A DNA stretch of 64,000 nt, from assembly GCA_946414805.1 (NCBI GenBank), contig CAMKPZ010000002.1, positions 302,617 to 366,616 on the forward strand, written 5' to 3'. Every line of letters starts with the position of its first letter. The first letter of the stretch is position 1. Of the stretch, positions 38,813 to 48,889 are shown one piece after another. The DNA comes from an uncultured Bacteroidales bacterium (lineage in GTDB: Bacteria > Bacteroidota > Bacteroidia > Bacteroidales > Paludibacteraceae). Under the pieces are notes generated by a model. That model was not told the origin of the DNA and did not search any database. It saw nothing but the letters and a program-made list of their open reading frames with translations. The position numbers and the translations under genes are program-made.

Positions 38813-41570
38813 AGGTCTTATCGCCCATGCGGATCACGATGCGGTTATTGCGCATAATCTTCTGCGCCGGTGCCTGAGTGGTTGTGGGGTGATAATCCGG
38901 CGTTTTATCGATTATCTGCGAACAAGAGGGCAGAGCGAAGCCGCTCTTATCGATGAACACGACATATACCTCGTCATTGATCTCAAAAGAACCGCCGTGG
39001 TGATAAACCGACTGGTTAGCGCCCTCAATCGCTTCGCCGTTCAGATACCATTGGAAGGTATAGTCTGCCAAATCGTAGTATGGATTGTTCTCCGTTCCTT
39101 TCTTATAGACGGCTAAGACATTGTTGAATTTGTACTTGAAGATATCCTTGGGGTAATAGATATCAAAGTCAACAGGGAAGACGAGCGAGTCGCAATAGTA
39201 ATCATCGACGATAAGCGCTCCGTGATACCGTCCGGCTTTCTTAATCGAATAAGTCGGAAGGGACAGGGAGACAGGACTCAGATGGTTGTCATTCGGGATC
39301 GTCACAGCTTCGTCAATCAAGCCCGGCACCACGAAACGGGCAGAGGCGATCGTTCCTTTCGTTTTCGTGTAGGAGACTTCTACTTCTTTGCCCGGACAGG
39401 CGTGCTGCTGCTCGATAGTATTGGAGACATCCATTCCCAGACAGGTGATAACGGATACGCGGTATTTGCGGTAATGGTTGCAGAACGCATCATTGAGCAG
39501 CGTGTCCACTACAACCGTATCGGAGTAGTACATCTTGCCAAATACCTCAATACTGTCCCGTCCCTCGAAGTCCGGCAGCGTCTCTTCGGTCTCCAGACCA
39601 TAGACCACGCGATAGATATATACGGTGTCCCAGCAGGTCTTCTGGACGACGGAGTCGGATCCGAACTCAATGAGCGAATCGCAGTAATGCGGGTCCGCTG
39701 CATACTCCTCAGGCGTGAAACACTCGTGCATGGCACCGGCTACAACGGTGTCCGGACGAACGATACGGAAGGTGAAGGTGACGGTTTCCTCGGGATAGGT
39801 TGTCGCCGGACAATCCTTATGCGCCGAGATACGCGCTTCCACGGTGTACCAGTTCGGGGTAGAGTAAACATGTTTGGCTTCGATACCTTCTTCGCGGGTG
39901 GTGGTAGCGGTTGTACCGTCTCCGAAATCCCAGACCACCTTGTCAATGACATCGGTACCGATTTGCGGATTGAAGGTCAGTTCGTCGTCAATACAGAAGG
40001 GTTCGTCTCCCCAGTCTTGGTCAATAAAGCGTTGTCCGCCTACCTCGACACCGCGTTTGATGGTACTGGAGCCGACGGTGTAAGCATAACTCTCGTCGTC
40101 GCCGTTACCATAGACGGTAGCGATAAAACCATGCTTGCATTTCAGCTGGTAGAAGGGGTTGGGAGTGCCTGAAACCGTATGAGGCAGCGAGATGCGCGCA
40201 TAGTAGTAATCGGGGTTACTCTCTACGGGCCTGAAGAAGGATGCTAAAGGTTTGTCCATCATCGTTGCCTCCGAGACACCGGCTTTGGGCACAATGATAT
40301 TCACGAAATGGCGGTCGGTCTTGGTCGTTCCCATCACGCCGAATACGACTTCGTTCATCATCTGCTCGATCGGTGCAATCCAGGTCATAGCCGGAGCTCC
40401 CCAGTATGATTCCTTGTCGTCGCCGGGCTTCTTCGTATGATATGTCTCGATACCCGCATCTTTGCGGTAATAGCCGTTTCCCACATCGTATGAAAGTACG
40501 GCGCACGGGCAAGACGCTTTGATATAAGCCGTGCTGTCAAGGATAGTGATACCGGAGAAAACTTCCCGTTTGCTGTCCCATCTGCCATTCTCATAACCGG
40601 CGGACATCTCAAACTCGTATGATTGACCGGACTTGAGTTCGAAGGAGTAATTCTGCTTGATAGTATGGTCATCGTTTTTTGCCGCAGACGGATCATAGTT
40701 ACCATAAATGGTGACAGTGGTATTATCCTCTTGGGCGGTAATGATCACACGGTTGGCATCTTTCTCTTTGGATCGCACCACTACGAAATTCTGTCCCCAG
40801 TAATCAATAGGGAAGAGTTGCTCATACACCAAGTCCCTGTCAGACACATTATCCGGTATGTTCCCTAACGGACATCCGGCGAAAACAGCAATTTTCTTAC
40901 CATCTTTCGCCAGTATACGGCTACCGTTCAGAGAAGCCCCGTCTGCACTCTTGACATGATACACCTGTCCTGCCTTGAGGGATAAACCTTGAATGGAACC
41001 GGTCTTGCCTCCTTCGGTTTGTGCTGCCAGTGTGATATCCACCTCACAATCTTCTACCGCTAATACGGAGAATACGTTTTTCTTGATACCATCCTTGTTA
41101 CTCGGTCCGTAGGTCTGGACGATATATTCGCTCTGCAAGGCGGTGACCGGAAGGATATTGGTAGCATCCATACTGTAATTCCACCGCAGACAGGAATATA
41201 TGGACACTTCTTCCGTGGCTTCGACCTTCAGACCATTGTCTAACTCTCGCTCGGAAGCCGGCATGGAAGTGCTGTACCACTGATCGAGCGGAATATCCTT
41301 GATCTCCAACCAGGCATTGTCGTTAGCGATTTGGTATGTGTTTGACCAGCCTGTTTGCGGGTTAGACACACGAACTGCACATTTCTTCGGTGCACTGATG
41401 GCAATGTACGAGTCGAATCCATTGCTGGAAGGGCTTTCTCCGTCCGGCGATCTACTCGGGATGAGTGCTACCCAGAATTCCTTACCTTGCGTTGACGACT
41501 GGCTCCACGCGGGGATGCAGCTACTCGCAATAAATGCAATTAACACAAGTGATTTAAAGAATCGTTTCAT
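38784..41570 (-). CDS. large secreted surface protein, IgGFc-binding-like N-terminal region plus PKD-like domain; paralog of 43804-46560
   Basis: ATG at 41570 gives the signal MKRFFKSLVLIAFIASSCIPAWS; the track start at 41816 runs into the upstream gene. Blocks shared with the paralog: GKEFWVA, APAMTWIAPIEQ, HFVNII, YYYARISL, VYGNGDDESYAYTVG, VWDFGDGT. Short C-terminal tail …RIVIRMGDKTYDVYGQRVE. Confidence 0.7.
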   Translation of the reverse strand: MKRFFKSLVLIAFIASSCIPAWSQSSTQGKEFWVALIPSRSPDGESPSSNGFDSYIAISAPKKCAVRVSNPQTGWSNTYQIANDNAWLEIKDIPLDQWYSTSMPASERELDNGLKVEATEEVSIYSCLRWNYSMDATNILPVTALQSEYIVQTYGPSNKDGIKKNVFSVLAVEDCEVDITLAAQTEGGKTGSIQGLSLKAGQVYHVKSADGASLNGSRILAKDGKKIAVFAGCPLGNIPDNVSDRDLVYEQLFPIDYWGQNFVVVRSKEKDANRVIITAQEDNTTVTIYGNYDPSAAKNDDHTIKQNYSFELKSGQSYEFEMSAGYENGRWDSKREVFSGITILDSTAYIKASCPCAVLSYDVGNGYYRKDAGIETYHTKKPGDDKESYWGAPAMTWIAPIEQMMNEVVFGVMGTTKTDRHFVNIIVPKAGVSEATMMDKPLASFFRPVESNPDYYYARISLPHTVSGTPNPFYQLKCKHGFIATVYGNGDDESYAYTVGSSTIKRGVEVGGQRFIDQDWGDEPFCIDDELTFNPQIGTDVIDKVVWDFGDGTTATTTREEGIEAKHVYSTPNWYTVEARISAHKDCPATTYPEETVTFTFRIVRPDTVVAGAMHECFTPEEYAADPHYCDSLIEFGSDSVVQKTCWDTVYIYRVVYGLETEETLPDFEGRDSIEVFGKMYYSDTVVVDTLLNDAFCNHYRKYRVSVITCLGMDVSNTIEQQHACPGKEVEVSYTKTKGTIASARFVVPGLIDEAVTIPNDNHLSPVSLSLPTYSIKKAGRYHGALIVDDYYCDSLVFPVDFDIYYPKDIFKYKFNNVLAVYKKGTENNPYYDLADYTFQWYLNGEAIEGANQSVYHHGGSFEINDEVYVVFIDKSGFALPSCSQIIDKTPDYHPTTTQAPAQKIMRNNRIVIRMGDKTYDVYGQRVE

Positions 41571-41574
41571 ATGA

Positions 41575-43785
41575 TTATAATATTTCAATTTCCACGCGTC
41601 TGTTATTCTGACGGCCTTCTTCGGTGTCGTTGGTGTCAATCGGTTGGGTCTCGCCACGGCCTTCTGCCTCGATACGATCAGTTGCGATGCCGCGCTCGAC
41701 AAGGTCTTGCAGGACTGCATTCGCGCGTCCTTCAGACAACTTCCGGTTCGCTTCGTCTTTACCCACGCTGTCCGTGTGGCCGATGATCTTGATGCGTACT
41801 TGCGGGTTGCGCGCAAGATACATATAGAGGTCGTTGAGCGCTTCCTCGGAGGTCTTCAAGATACGTGTTTTGTTGGTGGCGAAATGGAGGTTCTTGATGA
41901 TAAAGACCTCACCTTTCTTAACCGGCGTGAGTTGCAGGTTCAGCGAGTCGCCGACAGACGCGATAGCCATCTCCAGCGAGTCGTAACCCATCTGGGCGAT
42001 CAAGAGGCGGTATTGGCCTTCCTCGAGTGCCTGACGCGCCGCACCGGAAGTGGAGTCGGTAGCCATTAGGTAAGCAGGCTCCGTCTCGCCGCGTCTGATG
42101 ATCCGGATATTCGCCGGAACGGGCATGCCCGTTTCCTTATTGGTTACGCGTACGCGGAAGACGGGCGTCGGCGTAAGACTGATAGCCAGACTGTCGGTAA
42201 CGCCGTATTCGTCAATCGTGAAGGGATAGGAGAGCGGTTTGTAACCGTCCATATTCACATTCGCGATATAGGAGCCTTTGAGGTGTCTCTGTCTGGTGGT
42301 CTTAGGCTGTTTCCTGCGCATCACTACTTTGCCGGTTTGCGAGTCTGTGGTCTCAACAAAAGCCTGTAGCAGCGACTCGCCGGTCTTTTCGTCTGCGATG
42401 TTGAAGACCGCGTAGGAAGGAGGTGGCGGCACAGGGCGTTCTTTCTTGCCCGGGATCTCAAACTGGATGGTGAATTTCGCGCCCACAAAGAGGTTGTTGA
42501 GCTTTGTATCCCCGTTCATGGCAAGCATGGTGTTGGTTTTCTGAACGAGCGTCTCTCCGGCGAAATCCACCGGATTGGCTTTCGGCGTAGCATTGGTGTT
42601 GAGCACTCCGTACTCGGCGAAGAGTCCTACGCGGTAATGCACGTGCTGGCGACCGAACGGCAGACGCTCACCGGCTTTGACTTTGGCTTTCTTTGCCTTC
42701 GGATCCGGTTGTTTCTGGAGCCATTCGTCGAGATCGATACCTACCTCGGCTGCGATACTGAGATCCGGTTGGCGGAACTTGATCGGCGCATCGGTGGGCA
42801 CTTTCTGTTCGGAGAGGTCATAGATACCTAATCCGTACGGCTCTAACAGGTTCGGGTCTTCCACCGTGACATCATATTTGCCTTTCTGGCTATAGCCCAT
42901 CGGCAGGCCGTAGTGAACCTTTGCGCCTACAAGGAAATAGTAACGGCTGAACTGCGCACCGAACATCAACGGAAGACCCACTTCGAACATGTTTCGTGTC
43001 TCGGAGAGGTTGTCGAAGAGATAGGTATAGGTAGCGCCGGTGGCGGTCTCTGTCTGTTGCGCTTGGAAACCGTAGGCGGAGGTGGAGTTCAGGAATCGCA
43101 GATCCAGACCGGTCTCAAAGAGGAAATGTCCGTATTCGAGGTTGTAGGTCAGATTCAGTCCTGCGCCTGCTCCGCCTTTGAGCTGCTGGAGGGCATTGCT
43201 CTGATTCAGCGTTCCGGCGCCCATATAACTGCCGTTGATCTTATCCATCATCGCGGCATAACCGAGACGCAGACCGAGATTGATATACGAGATTGCCTCT
43301 GTCTTCGGGTTCTCCAGCGATTCTTGATATTTCTCATAATCGCGGATCGCTTTCTGTTCGCGTTCCTCTGCTTCGGCAGCCTTACGGTCGCGCTCGGCTT
43401 GCTTGCGCTCCGCCTCTCTTTGCTTGGCCTCCATAGCTTTGGCTTTCTCCTGCGCTGCTTTCTCGCGTTCCTTGGATGCCGCTTCACGCTCTTTCTCTTT
43501 GGCGGCCGCGGCTTTTGCTTTTTCTTTGGCAGCCTGCTCTTTCTCTTTTGCCTTGGCGGCTTGCTCTTTTTCTTTCTCTTTGGCTTTGGCCTTGGCGGCT
43601 TTCTCTTTCTCCTTGGCTTTCGCCTTGGCCGCTTTTTCTTTCTCTTTGGCTTTCTGCGCAGCGGCTTTCTCTTTGTCCGTCTGCGTAGCAGGCGCAGGTT
43701 CCGGCATTGCGTTAGCTACTACCGGTGCGCCGCTCAGACTAAGGATCACACATCCGATCAAGAGGTAATATAACGTATTTTTCAT
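41575..43785 (-). CDS. OmpA-family protein with Lys/Ala/Glu-rich repeat region
   Basis: C-terminal OmpA domain (…HTDSVGKDEANRKLSEGRANAV…NNRRVEIEIL). Signal peptide. About 130 aa of KEKAAKAKAKEKEK-type repeats. Beta-rich middle. Confidence 0.85.
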   Translation of the reverse strand: MKNTLYYLLIGCVILSLSGAPVVANAMPEPAPATQTDKEKAAAQKAKEKEKAAKAKAKEKEKAAKAKAKEKEKEQAAKAKEKEQAAKEKAKAAAAKEKEREAASKEREKAAQEKAKAMEAKQREAERKQAERDRKAAEAEEREQKAIRDYEKYQESLENPKTEAISYINLGLRLGYAAMMDKINGSYMGAGTLNQSNALQQLKGGAGAGLNLTYNLEYGHFLFETGLDLRFLNSTSAYGFQAQQTETATGATYTYLFDNLSETRNMFEVGLPLMFGAQFSRYYFLVGAKVHYGLPMGYSQKGKYDVTVEDPNLLEPYGLGIYDLSEQKVPTDAPIKFRQPDLSIAAEVGIDLDEWLQKQPDPKAKKAKVKAGERLPFGRQHVHYRVGLFAEYGVLNTNATPKANPVDFAGETLVQKTNTMLAMNGDTKLNNLFVGAKFTIQFEIPGKKERPVPPPPSYAVFNIADEKTGESLLQAFVETTDSQTGKVVMRRKQPKTTRQRHLKGSYIANVNMDGYKPLSYPFTIDEYGVTDSLAISLTPTPVFRVRVTNKETGMPVPANIRIIRRGETEPAYLMATDSTSGAARQALEEGQYRLLIAQMGYDSLEMAIASVGDSLNLQLTPVKKGEVFIIKNLHFATNKTRILKTSEEALNDLYMYLARNPQVRIKIIGHTDSVGKDEANRKLSEGRANAVLQDLVERGIATDRIEAEGRGETQPIDTNDTEEGRQNNRRVEIEIL

Positions 43786-43803
43786 TGCTGTGCTCTCCTA
43801 TAT

Positions 43804-46560
43804 TTATTGAATGATAAATTTGAAGCTGCGACTGCCTCTTCCGGTAGTCACACGCAGTAAATATAAACCGGTCTCTTTCGGCGTGTCAATGGTGCATCCG
43901 CCGTCCGGGATCTCGAATTTCAGACCCTCGTAGATATGTCCGCTGGCGTTGATCCACTGTGCATAGCAGGAGATATTCGTCTCGCCGTTCCAGTCTGCAT
44001 TGACAAACACTTTGTCGCCTGCCTGCAGGCTGTAGGTAGCGCTGATGGAGAGGCTGTCCGGATCGGTTTCGAACTGCGGCTTGGTGGTGCTTCCGGTGAA
44101 TTTCTTCGAGCAGGCGCAAGTGGTGCTTGTGGCCTTCGTCTCCTTGTTGGTCAGCGTGAAGCATACATAGTATGCGTCGTCCTCGAACTCGCTCTGCTGC
44201 AGGTCGTAGAAATTGAGGTTGGCGGAAACCTGACCGGCAACCTTTGTGCTGTCCGATTTGCGATACCACTGGAAATCAGAGAGTATATAGTTCTCGAAAT
44301 GCGGATCGTTCTTCAGACCTAACACATTATCGTACCGCTGATCGATCACATCGTTGCTGAAGGGCAGGGTGAAGACCATGCTGGTGTCCGTGCCTCCGCA
44401 GTCCGAGATGATCTGCAGATGGATGCTGTAGGACGAGCCCGAAGGAGCGTCTTCCGGAATAGTGATCTGGAAATAATCATCATAGATGATCAACTGGTCG
44501 TTGCTGAAACCGGCAGCGATCGCCTCATCGTCAAACTCCAGAATCACATTATTGCCCTTGAGGTTCACTTTGCCTTCATTGGTGTAATATACTTTGCCGA
44601 TGTTCGCAGTACCTCCGTCTTCGGGACAGGGGATCTCGGTCTCGCGGATACCGAAATGGTAGCGGCCGATCGTCACAGTGATAGGAATCGAATCCACGGC
44701 ATTCTGGCCTTCGCATACATTGCTGCTCTCGCGGTAGATAAGCACGTAGGCGGCATAGACGCCTCCGTCCTTGTAATAATGCGGCACGATGGAGTCGCCG
44801 GCATCCGCTTCCGCTTTGGAAATGGTCTTGCCTGTTCCGTCGCCGAAATGCCATTCGATCTTCTGGTATTCATAGTCCGGATGGCACGCAAACTTAATCG
44901 TGTCCTCGCCGCAGAGGGTGTTCTCCGTATCCGGTGTGAAGATCTCGCCGTTGATCGTGATATACTGGGTCAGCGGTTTGGTGGCGCCTCCGGCGGAGTA
45001 GCCGTAACTCTCGTTCTCTGTGAATCCGTAAACGTGTGCGATGAAGTTCGAACCCTCGCTCTTCAGCGTGTGGGACTCAGCCTCGTTGCCCAGCGATTTC
45101 TGAGCGTAATAATAGGTGTCCGAACCGTTCACTTTCTTGAAATCGCCTTCCGCAAAAGCCTTGTCGTCCAGTCGCATCAGTGACGGTTGGTCGGTTACGA
45201 TATTGACATAGTGGTTGGTTGTACCGTTAGAACTCTTGTAGGTGGCGAATGTCACCTGGTCTATCTGCTGCTCGATCGGGTTGATCCACAGCATAGCCGG
45301 GTCGCCGTTGGAGTTCTTGTCGCCGTGGTACTGCTGCGAAACGATGAAGAGGTGTACCGCGCACGGGCAGGAGGTGTTCACCACGCAGCTTCCGTCCTTT
45401 GCATAAGTGCCGTTAGTGCCGATCTCGAACTCCCAGAAATGCTTCTTCTCGGTAGCGAAATCGAACGTGTGTACCAGTTCGCCGTTGATGCGCACTTCGG
45501 TGCCGTCATTGAGCGCCATGATACGGATGATATCCGCCGGGCGTGAAGCCGAAGCGGTCAGCACAAAGGTGTTTCCCCAGTAGTCGGTAGGCATCGCTTG
45601 CGAGAAGATATGATCGCGTTGCTTGATCTGATAGGGAATATTGAGGTGCGGACTTCCCTGGAAAACCGCAATGTTCTTGTTCGCTTTGACGACCGTACCG
45701 CTCAGGTCGTAGTCATCGCCCTCGCCGTTACCGGACCATACATAATAGACCTGTCCTTTATTGAGCATCACCGTGTCGGAGTGCTCTCCGATGACGAAAT
45801 CGCCCCATTTGGCCTCCAGCTCGGCAAGGGTCTCCTCGTAAGTCTTCTTCTGTGCCTCCGAAACCCACGGATCGTTCTCCCAGAAGCGTTCCGCATAACG
45901 CAGATATTCGCTGTATTCCGCATTCTTGGCCGTGATGATAGACGGGGTGTAAACCACCTGCGTATTATTCTCCGTAGCGATGATCGCAAAATGGGTGCCT
46001 TGCGCCGTCCCGTCATGGTCAGACGGGGTGTAGGACTGGATCACATATTCCTTGAGCAACGACGGAGTAGGAAGCACGTTCGTTGCATCGAAAGTGGCTT
46101 TCTTGTAGTTCGTCGCAAAGAGCGATACGTTCTTCGTAGCGGTCACGTGCAGCGCGCAGGTATCCGCTTGTTCCGAATGAACGGCATAGCAGACTTTTCC
46201 TGTGGCAGCCATGGCCTCACGGGCAGGTTCGCTGACCGGCAGACCGTTGAAGAGCTCTACCTCTTTCATTTTGTTTGCCTCTACATCCACGGTCTCTTTG
46301 TAGCCGGTGAAGGGGTTCTCAATAGTCACTTGACAAGCTTCGCGGGCAGAGATGGACAGGGATAACACCATGGCGTTGTATTTGCTGCCGTTGTACGATA
46401 AGGGGGCGTCCTTACTCGTCTTCTGGTCAGCTTGCATGAATGTTACCCAGAAATCTTTACCTTCGGTCGATTGGCCTTCCACTACTGTGTCGGCTTGGAT
46501 CCCGATTGACGGAACCGCTAAAAGCCCGCAGAGCAGAAGTGTAAAAAAATGTTTTTTCAT
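43804..46560 (-). CDS. large secreted surface protein, IgGFc-binding-like N-terminal region plus PKD-like domain, probable T9SS C-terminal sorting domain
   Basis: ATG at 46560 gives the signal MKKHFFTLLLCGLLAVPSIGIQA. Paralog of 38784-41570. C-terminus …GLYLLRVTTGRGSRSFKFIIQ resembles type A T9SS CTDs. Confidence 0.7.
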   Translation of the reverse strand: MKKHFFTLLLCGLLAVPSIGIQADTVVEGQSTEGKDFWVTFMQADQKTSKDAPLSYNGSKYNAMVLSLSISAREACQVTIENPFTGYKETVDVEANKMKEVELFNGLPVSEPAREAMAATGKVCYAVHSEQADTCALHVTATKNVSLFATNYKKATFDATNVLPTPSLLKEYVIQSYTPSDHDGTAQGTHFAIIATENNTQVVYTPSIITAKNAEYSEYLRYAERFWENDPWVSEAQKKTYEETLAELEAKWGDFVIGEHSDTVMLNKGQVYYVWSGNGEGDDYDLSGTVVKANKNIAVFQGSPHLNIPYQIKQRDHIFSQAMPTDYWGNTFVLTASASRPADIIRIMALNDGTEVRINGELVHTFDFATEKKHFWEFEIGTNGTYAKDGSCVVNTSCPCAVHLFIVSQQYHGDKNSNGDPAMLWINPIEQQIDQVTFATYKSSNGTTNHYVNIVTDQPSLMRLDDKAFAEGDFKKVNGSDTYYYAQKSLGNEAESHTLKSEGSNFIAHVYGFTENESYGYSAGGATKPLTQYITINGEIFTPDTENTLCGEDTIKFACHPDYEYQKIEWHFGDGTGKTISKAEADAGDSIVPHYYKDGGVYAAYVLIYRESSNVCEGQNAVDSIPITVTIGRYHFGIRETEIPCPEDGGTANIGKVYYTNEGKVNLKGNNVILEFDDEAIAAGFSNDQLIIYDDYFQITIPEDAPSGSSYSIHLQIISDCGGTDTSMVFTLPFSNDVIDQRYDNVLGLKNDPHFENYILSDFQWYRKSDSTKVAGQVSANLNFYDLQQSEFEDDAYYVCFTLTNKETKATSTTCACSKKFTGSTTKPQFETDPDSLSISATYSLQAGDKVFVNADWNGETNISCYAQWINASGHIYEGLKFEIPDGGCTIDTPKETGLYLLRVTTGRGSRSFKFIIQ

Positions 46561-46600
46561 AAAGATTGATTTGTTAAATGTATGCGATCTAAATCGACTG

Positions 46601-46608
46601 CAAAGATA
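46601..46608 (-). promoter_or_regulatory. -7 promoter box upstream of the surface-protein/OmpA operon
   Basis: Minus strand TATCTTTG lies 40 nt upstream of the ATG at 46560. No clean TTTG at -33. Confidence 0.45.
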
Positions 46609-46668
46609 CAAACAATTTATTACGCGCGCGTGCATATTTCCGCGAAAAATGTGTAAAAATTGACACTC

Positions 46669-48138
46669 CTATCGGGTTCTTTGTCCTAAGGGGGTAAAAA
46701 TTGCCGAATTGCGTATGATCACGATCTTTCCGTCCCGCAATTCCTTGCGTGCAGCCGGTCGTGTATCGCGGATGTCGCCAATCCCGGTGGTGCCGCTTTT
46801 TGGGGTGAGGAGATAGAGTTCCTGCATACAGGCGCGTTTGGCGGTGGATCCTCCGACGGACACAAAGCGGATAGTTTTTGTCCCTGCGGGAACAGCCAGC
46901 CGGTAGCGGATCTCATTTCTGGTCTCTTTCTCAACCGTGACGCATATTGAGGTGTCTGTCGCTTGGTCATAATAGACATCCAGTTGCATGGAGGTCGCAC
47001 TGTTATACGGTGAAGCTCTGAAAGCAAGGACCGCGCTGTCTGTCAGATTCAGGCCCGTAAATGAAATCTCTCCGTCGGTACTGCTTTTGCCCATTGTGAT
47101 GGATGCATTTCCGTTGGACTGGATGCCGCTATTGGCGTTTCCGCGGATCCCGTCGTGATTAACGGCGTTCACAAGCGCTGCGGTGATGGCCGGCAGACTG
47201 ATAATAGTGTCATAAATCTGCGGCTCCGGTTCCCCCGTATCGTCAGGGCACCAGCCTTGCTCAAAGACGCAGTCCATGGCAGACAGATCCACCGCTTGCC
47301 CTTTCTTGTCGCCCCAGATATATTCGACCAGTTCAGGGTAGTCGATAAACGGATTTCTGTTGTGTTGAATATCTGAAATCACATCCGTTCGGCAGAGTTC
47401 TTTCGGACTCACGGGATCCGCTCTGTGCCAGTCCAGAAGCACTTTCTGGATGCTGTCGGAAAACATCAGATAGTTGGCATGGCTGATATATTGCGGATAT
47501 GCGGTCCATTCCAGATACTCATAAGCGGTAGCCATATAGAAATAGGTGCGTGCGAAATCGCCGCGGTACTCTTCTGCCGGTTCCCAGCAAATATATCCAT
47601 AGCCGGAACTCTTGGCATTGTCAATACGGAAGGAGCCGTTATCGAACTTGTCGCCTTTCTTGACATGCCCGGGGGCATAGTTGCTTTTCTGACTGTTGGC
47701 GCGCTGGTCCGATGGATTGAGGTTGTAGAGATCTTTGTATGCCTCGTTCACTGTGCCGCCCCACCAGCTTTTGGGCAGACAGTGCTCGATATTGAGAGAG
47801 CATCCGGAGTCTCCTGATTTATTGGGGTAGTAACGCACGCAGTTCGAATACATATCCCAAACCACGCCTCCTCCTTTGCGGTCTGTGAGCGGTAAGGCTT
47901 GCCACGTACCGTATGCCTTCAGGTCTCCTTTCTCCCACTCGGGCGGATTGTTGGAACTATGGTAACTGTTGGTTCCGTACTCATATCGCTCTCCGCCGCG
48001 TATAATAAGGCTCAGGGTGGACTTCAACGCAGAGTCTTGTTTGCCGTCTATGGCTTCGTAATAGCCGGTTGGAATGTCTGCGGCGAACAGGCTCGTCGCG
48101 CAGATCAGAGCGGCCAATGTAACCGGTAGATTTTTCAT
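46669..48138 (-). CDS. secreted endonuclease I-family nuclease with C-terminal extension
   Basis: Signal peptide. NIEHCLPKSWWGG and YKDLYNLNPSDQRANSQKSN match Endonuclease_1 motifs as I recall them. About 200 extra C-terminal residues ending …KIVIIRNSAIFTPLGQRTR. Confidence 0.78.
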   Translation of the reverse strand: MKNLPVTLAALICATSLFAADIPTGYYEAIDGKQDSALKSTLSLIIRGGERYEYGTNSYHSSNNPPEWEKGDLKAYGTWQALPLTDRKGGGVVWDMYSNCVRYYPNKSGDSGCSLNIEHCLPKSWWGGTVNEAYKDLYNLNPSDQRANSQKSNYAPGHVKKGDKFDNGSFRIDNAKSSGYGYICWEPAEEYRGDFARTYFYMATAYEYLEWTAYPQYISHANYLMFSDSIQKVLLDWHRADPVSPKELCRTDVISDIQHNRNPFIDYPELVEYIWGDKKGQAVDLSAMDCVFEQGWCPDDTGEPEPQIYDTIISLPAITAALVNAVNHDGIRGNANSGIQSNGNASITMGKSSTDGEISFTGLNLTDSAVLAFRASPYNSATSMQLDVYYDQATDTSICVTVEKETRNEIRYRLAVPAGTKTIRFVSVGGSTAKRACMQELYLLTPKSGTTGIGDIRDTRPAARKELRDGKIVIIRNSAIFTPLGQRTR

Positions 48139-48159
48139 GGTTTTCTCCTATTCGTTGGT

Positions 48160-48876
48160 CTAATGCTTCTTCACGCACGCTAACAGCAGGTTAAGCGTCA
48201 CATACCAGACGATGCAGGCTGTTCCGCTGAAGAATGCGAACTCGATATGTTTGGTGATAATCGCTTTGCTGATGCAATAGGCCACTAAAATTACGCATCC
48301 GCATAAGAAACTGATTATCACGGCTTTTTCTTTCTTGAAACTCTTAAAACTGAAGAACGGAATTTCTGCGTTCAGCAGATAACAACTGACGATCGAGAGA
48401 CCGATCAGCGCCCAGGCTATCCAGTCGTAAGCAATCGCGGAAACGGGAAGACAGCATATACCGCCCCAGAAAATCGCGTTAGCAGGCGTTGCCAGACCGA
48501 TGAATGAGTCGTGCTGGCGTTCGTCCACGTTGAATTTCGCCAGGCGAAGTGCCGAGAACGCCGCCATCAGCAGGGCAATCGCAGCCCACCAGCCCAAAAC
48601 CGGCTTCAGGTAGCAGAACAGCATCATGGACGGAGCCAGACCGAATGTAATATCATCCGCCAGCGAGTCCAACTGAATACCTATCGGGCTGGGAGCTTTC
48701 AGCACCCGCGCACTCAGTCCGTCGAAGAAATCAAAGAATGCGCCTGCCAGAATGAAGCAGAATGCCCATATGAAACTGCCGGAGAGGGCATTTTGGGTCG
48801 CCATAAACACTGCTGCACTGCCGCATAGCAGGTTGCAACTGGTGATTGCGTCCGGTATGATCCGTTTATAATTCAT
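48160..48876 (-). CDS. pssA: CDP-alcohol phosphatidyltransferase (phosphatidylserine synthase-like)
   Basis: Motif DFFDGLSARVLKAPSPIGIQLDSLADD (DGx2ARx8Gx3Dx3D). Multi-TM. ATG at 48876 (track start 49005 lies inside the upstream gene). Confidence 0.75.
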   Translation of the reverse strand: MNYKRIIPDAITSCNLLCGSAAVFMATQNALSGSFIWAFCFILAGAFFDFFDGLSARVLKAPSPIGIQLDSLADDITFGLAPSMMLFCYLKPVLGWWAAIALLMAAFSALRLAKFNVDERQHDSFIGLATPANAIFWGGICCLPVSAIAYDWIAWALIGLSIVSCYLLNAEIPFFSFKSFKKEKAVIISFLCGCVILVAYCISKAIITKHIEFAFFSGTACIVWYVTLNLLLACVKKH

Positions 48877-48889
48877 ATTTATCTTAAAT

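Noticed and set aside
38784-41816. ORF-track N-terminal extensions of several genes (38784-41816, 43804-46635, 48160-49005, 52359-53423, 24143-24736, 36525-37817)
   Set aside because: In each case an internal ATG gives a proper signal peptide or conserved N-terminus. That ATG lies downstream of a promoter box or just after the upstream stop. The extensions overlap neighbouring genes or promoters.
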